Part shown: positions 59,440-64,000 of the stretch, one piece after another
Numbering within the stretch: the stretch's first letter is position 1
How the letters are laid out: each line of letters starts with the position of its first letter
Assembly (NCBI GenBank): GCA_963716175.1
Contig: OY970296.1
Location: forward strand, 2,880,001-2,944,000
Reading direction: 5' to 3'
DNA from: an uncultured Armatimonadetes bacterium
GTDB lineage: Bacteria; Armatimonadota; Hebobacteria; Hebobacterales; Hebobacteraceae
Length of the DNA: 64,000 bases
The notes under the pieces: model-generated
The model's database searches: none
What the model was told of the DNA's origin: nothing
What the model saw: only the letters and a program-made list of their open reading frames with translations
Program-made: the position numbers and the translations under genes

Positions 59440-60095
59440 GCGAAGTGTCAGCTCCGGCCGAGCCGATCATCCTGGCCCAAGTCCAGATCGGTGAGGGCTG
59501 CCAGTTCGAGCCCTACACTATCCTGGGCAAGCCGCCGCGGGGCGCCCGGGAGGGTGAGTTCCCGACCGTGCTGGGGTCCGGGTGCGTGATTCGCTCTCAC
59601 ACTGTCATTTACGCGGGTAACACCATCGGCCACCGGCTTCAGACAGGCCACCATGTCACGATCCGCGAGCACAATCAGATCGGCGATGATGTCAGCATCG
59701 GCACCGGGTCCATCATCGAGCATCACATCACCGTCGGGCGAGGTGTGCGGATCCACAGCGGGGTGTTCATCCCCGAGTACACAGTGCTGGAGGAGGGGTG
59801 CTGGATCGGGCCCGCGGTGGTGGCCACTAATGCCCTGCACCCGCTCTGCCCCAGCGCCAAGCAGTGTCTGCGGGGGCCGACGGTGCGCCGGGGGGCCAAG
59901 GTAGGGGCTAACGTCACCTTGCTGCCTGGAGTGGAGATCGGGGCTGGCGCGGTGGTGGGCGCGGGGTCGGTGGTGGCAGACGACGTGCCAGCTGGGTCAG
60001 TGGTGGTGGGCAACCCGGCGAGGGTGATCAAGCAGGTCGCCGACCTCCGCTGCCCGTTTGGGCTGGTGGAGAAGCCTTATCCCGCGGAGCCCTGA
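59436..60095 (+). CDS. Hexapeptide-repeat N-acyltransferase (WbpD/WlbB-like)
   Basis: Left-handed beta-helix repeats; VGAGSVV, VVGNPAR. Confidence 0.88.
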   Translation: MSEVSAPAEPIILAQVQIGEGCQFEPYTILGKPPRGAREGEFPTVLGSGCVIRSHTVIYAGNTIGHRLQTGHHVTIREHNQIGDDVSIGTGSIIEHHITVGRGVRIHSGVFIPEYTVLEEGCWIGPAVVATNALHPLCPSAKQCLRGPTVRRGAKVGANVTLLPGVEIGAGAVVGAGSVVADDVPAGSVVVGNPARVIKQVADLRCPFGLVEKPYPAEP

Positions 60096-60096
60096 C

Positions 60097-61209
60097 ATGC
60101 GCATACCGCTGGTGGACTTGAAAGCCCAGTACGCGGCGATCAAACCCGAGATAGATGCTGCCATCCGGCAAGTGGTGGAGAGCACCACTTTCATCATGGG
60201 GGAGCCGGTCAAGCGGTTCGAAGCAGCCTTTGCCAAGTACTGCGGGGCCCGACACTGCATTGGCACCAGCTCCGGCACCACGGCCCTCCATCTGGCGCTG
60301 CTGGTATGCGACATCAAGCCGGGCGACGAAGTCATCACAGTGCCCCACACTTTCATCGCCACTACCGAGACCATCAGCCAGACAGGGGCGCGTCCGGTGT
60401 TCGTGGATGTGGACCCGGCGACTTACACCATGGGCCCGAAGGCGCTGGAAAGAGCGATCACGCCTCGCACCAGGGCCGTGCTGCCGGTCCACCTGTACGG
60501 GCATCCCGCCGACATGGACCCGATTCTGGAGGTGGCGCATCGGCACGGGCTGAGGGTGATCGAGGATGCCGCTCAGGCCCATGGGGCCGAGTACAAGGGC
60601 AAGCGAGTGGGCCTGCTGGGCGACATAGCCGCGTTCAGCTTCTTCCCGGGGAAGAACCTGGGAGCCTATGGGGACGCGGGCGCGCTGGTGACCAATGACG
60701 ACGCGCTGGCCGGCCGCGCCCGCCTCCTGGCCAACCACGGCCGGGAGTCCAAGTACGAGCACCTGGTGGAGGGGTTCAACTATCGGCTGGATGCCCTGCA
60801 GGCCGCGGTGCTGGAGGCCAAGTTGGCTCATCTGGAGGCCTGGACTGAACGGCGCCGCAGCCACGCGGCTCGCTATCACGAACTCCTTCAGCTGACCGGC
60901 CTGCCCCTGCCCGTGGAAGCGCCTTGGGCGAGGCACGTCTACCACCTCTACGTGGTGAGGGTCCCAGACCGCGATGGGGTGCTCGAGCGGCTGCAAGCCG
61001 CAGGGATCGGCGCGGGCGTGCACTATCCCATCCCGCTGCACCTGCAGCCGGCCTACTCACGCCTGGGGCACCGCCGGGGTGACTTTCCGGCCTCCGAGGC
61101 GGCCGCCGATTCCGTGCTCTCTCTGCCCCTGTACCCTGAGATGACGGCGGAGATGGTCGAGACCGTGGCGCGCGTGCTCCAGCAAGAGCTGAGACGAGGA
61201 ACCGGCTAG
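60097..61209 (+). CDS. DegT/DnrJ/EryC1/StrS aminotransferase (WbpE/WlbC-like)
   Basis: IPLVDL, PVHLYG, IEDAAQAHG, SFFPGKNLGAYGDAG. Confidence 0.93.
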   Translation: MRIPLVDLKAQYAAIKPEIDAAIRQVVESTTFIMGEPVKRFEAAFAKYCGARHCIGTSSGTTALHLALLVCDIKPGDEVITVPHTFIATTETISQTGARPVFVDVDPATYTMGPKALERAITPRTRAVLPVHLYGHPADMDPILEVAHRHGLRVIEDAAQAHGAEYKGKRVGLLGDIAAFSFFPGKNLGAYGDAGALVTNDDALAGRARLLANHGRESKYEHLVEGFNYRLDALQAAVLEAKLAHLEAWTERRRSHAARYHELLQLTGLPLPVEAPWARHVYHLYVVRVPDRDGVLERLQAAGIGAGVHYPIPLHLQPAYSRLGHRRGDFPASEAAADSVLSLPLYPEMTAEMVETVARVLQQELRRGTG

Positions 61210-61376
61210 TGGCCTATCGTGATCGCTCTGTGGCTCTGGTGATCCCGGCTCGCAACGAGGAGCGGCTGATCACGCCGACCCTGGAATCGGTGCCCCCCTT
61301 CGTGGACACCATCTATATGGTAGACCATGGCAGCACCCATCAGGCGCCGGAAGCAGTTGGCAAGAGCACGCAGTAG
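61209..61376 (+). pseudogene. GT2 N-terminal stub (55 aa)
   Basis: VALVIPARNEERLI...DTIYMVDHGST, then a stop; start overlaps the aminotransferase stop. Confidence 0.65.
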
Positions 61377-61405
61377 GCCTGAGCGCGCATGGGGCGAGGA
61401 CGGCG

Positions 61406-62365
61406 ATGAAGCTCATCATCCAGATCCCGTGCTACAACGAAGAGGAAACGCTCCCGGCGACTCTCGCCGACCTGCCTCGCGAGATCCTGGGCATAGAGTC
61501 CGTCGAGGTGCTGGTGATTGACGACGGGAGCACTGATGCCACCGCAGATGTGGCTCGCCGACTGGGTGTGCATCACATCGTGCGTTTCGCCAGAAACCGT
61601 GGTCTTGCCACCGCCTTTGCCGCAGGGCTCAATGCTGCGCTCACCGCCGGCGCCGACATCATCGTCAACACTGATGCCGACAACCAGTATCACGGGGCCG
61701 ACGTCACTGCCCTCGTCACCCCCATCCTCCGCGGTGAGGCCGACATCGTCATCGGCGACCGCCAAACCCACACTATCCCGCACTTCTCCTGGACTAAGAA
61801 GCGCCTCCAGAAGGTGGGCAGTTGGGTGGTCAGAAGGCTGTCCGGGCTCGAGGTCGCCGACGCCGCGAGCGGGTTCCGGGCCTACTCCCGGGAGGCCGCG
61901 CTACGCCTCAACGTTGTCTCCGATTTCTCCTACACCCTGGAGACGATCCTCCAAGCCGCGAACGAGGGCCTGAAGGTTGTCTCTGTGCCGGTGCGCACCA
62001 ACCCTGTGCTGCGCAGGTCCCGGCTCTTCCGCGGGATCCTCGTCTACGTTCGCCGTCAGGTCGAGACCCTTGTCCGGGTCTACGCCATGTATCAGCCCCT
62101 CCGGCTTTTCCTCTGGCTTGGCAGCCTATTCGCGCTCGTCGGATTCGCGTTCGAGGCCCGGTTCCTCTACTACTTCCTGGCCGGCCGCGGCGGGGGGCAC
62201 ATCCAATCCGTCATCATCGGCGGGGTGCTGCTAGTGATGGGCTTTTTCTGCATGCTCGGCGGCATCATCGCGGACCTGATCGCCTCCAACCGCAAGCTGC
62301 TCGAGGATGTCCTCTATCGAGTGCGGCGACAGGAGGCCGAGCGCGACCAAGACACGCCCCGGTAG
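61406..62365 (+). CDS. Glycosyltransferase family 2 with C-terminal TMs
   Basis: LIIQIPCYNEE, DDGSTD, NTDADNQY, DAASGFRAY. Confidence 0.92.
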   Translation: MKLIIQIPCYNEEETLPATLADLPREILGIESVEVLVIDDGSTDATADVARRLGVHHIVRFARNRGLATAFAAGLNAALTAGADIIVNTDADNQYHGADVTALVTPILRGEADIVIGDRQTHTIPHFSWTKKRLQKVGSWVVRRLSGLEVADAASGFRAYSREAALRLNVVSDFSYTLETILQAANEGLKVVSVPVRTNPVLRRSRLFRGILVYVRRQVETLVRVYAMYQPLRLFLWLGSLFALVGFAFEARFLYYFLAGRGGGHIQSVIIGGVLLVMGFFCMLGGIIADLIASNRKLLEDVLYRVRRQEAERDQDTPR

Positions 62366-62473
62366 GTCGCAGCCAGCGCCCGCGCCCATCCCCGACGCGC
62401 CAGAAGTCAGCCGTGGCACCAGATACGGAAACCGTGGATCCCCGTCTCCGCGGAGAAGTAGGCCGGCCGCTGA

Positions 62474-63442
62474 CTAGGCATCGGGCCCCTGATACTGACT
62501 GCGGTTTCGCAGCAAATCCACCCCCCCGCAAGCGAGCCCGAAGGGCACTAGCACCACGAAGCTCAGTACCCGCAGCATCGCCACCACGATCACCGCCTGC
62601 GCCATCCCGACCTGCATCTGCTTTCCGATCAGTCCGTAGGCAAGCTCCAGCACCCCGAGATTCCCCGGCGTCACGATCACATAGCCGCTCATCTTGTGCA
62701 GCACGTAGAATAGCGCCAGGGCCGGCAGGCTGGCGCGCACGTTCAGGACCTGGAAGCACGCATACAGCAGTGTCACCACTACCGCGAAGACGACGAGGTT
62801 GAGCAGAACCAGCTTAAGCATATAGCGCCAGTCGCGCAGGCTCCTGACTGACACGGTCAGCGCTTCCGCGAGCTTTGAATGCACCCAGGCAATATGCCCG
62901 TCAGGGATCCTGATACGGCTGAACACCGCCTCGAACAGTATCGGCCCCGCGATCACCAGACCCGTCGCGGTCAGCAGCAGCTTCGAAGCCCCGAGGCCCC
63001 ACAGGCGAAGGCCGGGGGCCGCCACCGATAACACGACGAACGCGAAGATCAAGTTCAGGAAAGTGTCAATCCAGGCGAAGGACGCGTAGCTGCTCACATA
63101 TCTCGTGTACGCCACATGGTAGTCCTGCTTGAGCCGAATACCCCGGTAAACCGTCCCCGTCTGCGGGATGAACTGGTTCAGGAACGTGCTCAGTGCGAAC
63201 AGCTTGAACCATGGAAACACCGGGATCCTTGAGCCGCTGCACTTCTCGAGCACGATCTGGTACCGGTAGCTGTGAAGCGCCAGGTAGGTTGCGCTAAGGC
63301 CAAGCAGCAAGCCGATCGTGGGCGGGCTGAACGCCACCACCAGCCTCAGGTCACTTCTGTTCTGAAGCAAGAAGCGGACGATGTACCCGACACACCCAAG
63401 TGCAACAAACCACTGAAGGGCTCTCTTGAAGCCCCGCTTCAT
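62474..63442 (-). CDS. Flippase-like membrane protein (LPG synthase TM family)
   Basis: About 8 TMs; NQFIPQTG, TPGNLGVLE. Confidence 0.8.
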   Translation of the reverse strand: MKRGFKRALQWFVALGCVGYIVRFLLQNRSDLRLVVAFSPPTIGLLLGLSATYLALHSYRYQIVLEKCSGSRIPVFPWFKLFALSTFLNQFIPQTGTVYRGIRLKQDYHVAYTRYVSSYASFAWIDTFLNLIFAFVVLSVAAPGLRLWGLGASKLLLTATGLVIAGPILFEAVFSRIRIPDGHIAWVHSKLAEALTVSVRSLRDWRYMLKLVLLNLVVFAVVVTLLYACFQVLNVRASLPALALFYVLHKMSGYVIVTPGNLGVLELAYGLIGKQMQVGMAQAVIVVAMLRVLSFVVLVPFGLACGGVDLLRNRSQYQGPDA

Positions 63443-63578
63443 GCCCTGTCCTCCACCGCTCCGCGCGCTTAACCCCGAGCGCTAGGCTCTCCCAACGATC
63501 TCCGCCTTGTGCTCGCCGGTCCAGCATCTTCTTGCCATGCCTCCTGCTCCCCTTTCGACGTCCGCGATTCTCCTGAAA

Positions 63579-64000
63579 CTACTGCCCACTCGCACAGGGG
63601 AGCAGCATATTTGCATGCCGCTTTTCGCAAATGGCAAGCAAATCGAGGCTCTCCTGGACGTCATCTTGTGTGACGCAGAAATCATCGACACTGTACCTGG
63701 GGAAACATTCCAGTCGTTGCTTTCTCTTGTTGGCTGGACTCAGGAGTCTTTTCAGGATTGCGCTCACAATCAGCCTGAGTGGCTCTGGTATGAGCTTCCG
63801 CAGGTTGAACGGGTCAAGGGACTCAACCAACTGATTCCGTCTCACTCTTTCCATCTCGGCTTCCTGAATCTCATCAACTGCCCGAATCCCCCAGATGCGC
63901 ACGTGAGAGAACCGCGTTGCGAGCAGTCTCTCCAGGTCATCCGGGTAGTATTCCCTTACATGGAATCTGTTCCAGGGCCTATGTCCGGGTTTCACTCGGT
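63579..64000 (-). CDS. Class I SAM methyltransferase, C-terminal part (5'-partial)
   Basis: PWNRFHVREY..DDLERLL..RFSHV, the type of motif that follows a methyltransferase core; runs off the window edge. Confidence 0.65.
   Translation of the reverse strand, partial: RVKPGHRPWNRFHVREYYPDDLERLLATRFSHVRIWGIRAVDEIQEAEMERVRRNQLVESLDPFNLRKLIPEPLRLIVSAILKRLLSPANKRKQRLECFPRYSVDDFCVTQDDVQESLDLLAICEKRHANMLLPCASGQ

Noticed and set aside
1-64000. CRISPR array, tRNA or rRNA genes
   Set aside because: No regularly spaced repeats, T-loop/CCA signatures or rRNA conserved blocks seen.

Overview
GC-rich bacterial window, most likely Armatimonadota or a Planctomycetota-like lineage. This is inferred from two prepilin/H-X9-DG proteins and a DUF6785/6784-type membrane protein. 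In order: (1) 1-2.2 kb, the end of a phage-like module (DNA methyltransferase and terminase large subunit, with no portal gene following). (2) 4.3-14.4 kb, an exported CBM-nitrilase, an AraC regulator divergent from a prepilin-like gene and a polytopic transporter-like gene, an apparently complete IS1111-type (IS110 family) element, and an orphan TolB-propeller/secretin fusion. (3) 14.5-29.3 kb, accessory genes: GYD and CBS genes behind a structured leader, a frameshifted MshEN-GAF sensor, a PII-like protein, a GH148-like glycoside hydrolase, a second prepilin-like gene, and an ECF sigma with a zf-HC2/FecR/PDZ/TPR partner. (4) 29.9-34 kb, a controller-type XRE gene with C-boxes, divergent from a large serine recombinase plus two ParB/RepB-like genes. 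(5) 35.2-64 kb, a large surface-glycan locus: truncated wzt, a coiled-coil methyltransferase, GT4s, four GT-C-type membrane proteins, rfbF/rfbG/rfbH plus a YerE-like TPP enzyme, a WbpB/D/E-like trio, GT2s and flippase-like genes. The strongest sequence-level result is the IS element. Its ends, AC core, circle-junction promoter and all four bridge-RNA guide segments can be read from the sequence, its empty target is a TTGACA box, and its recombinase has Thr at the usual catalytic Ser. All family assignments come from motif recognition by eye, not database searches. No tRNA, rRNA or CRISPR array was seen.
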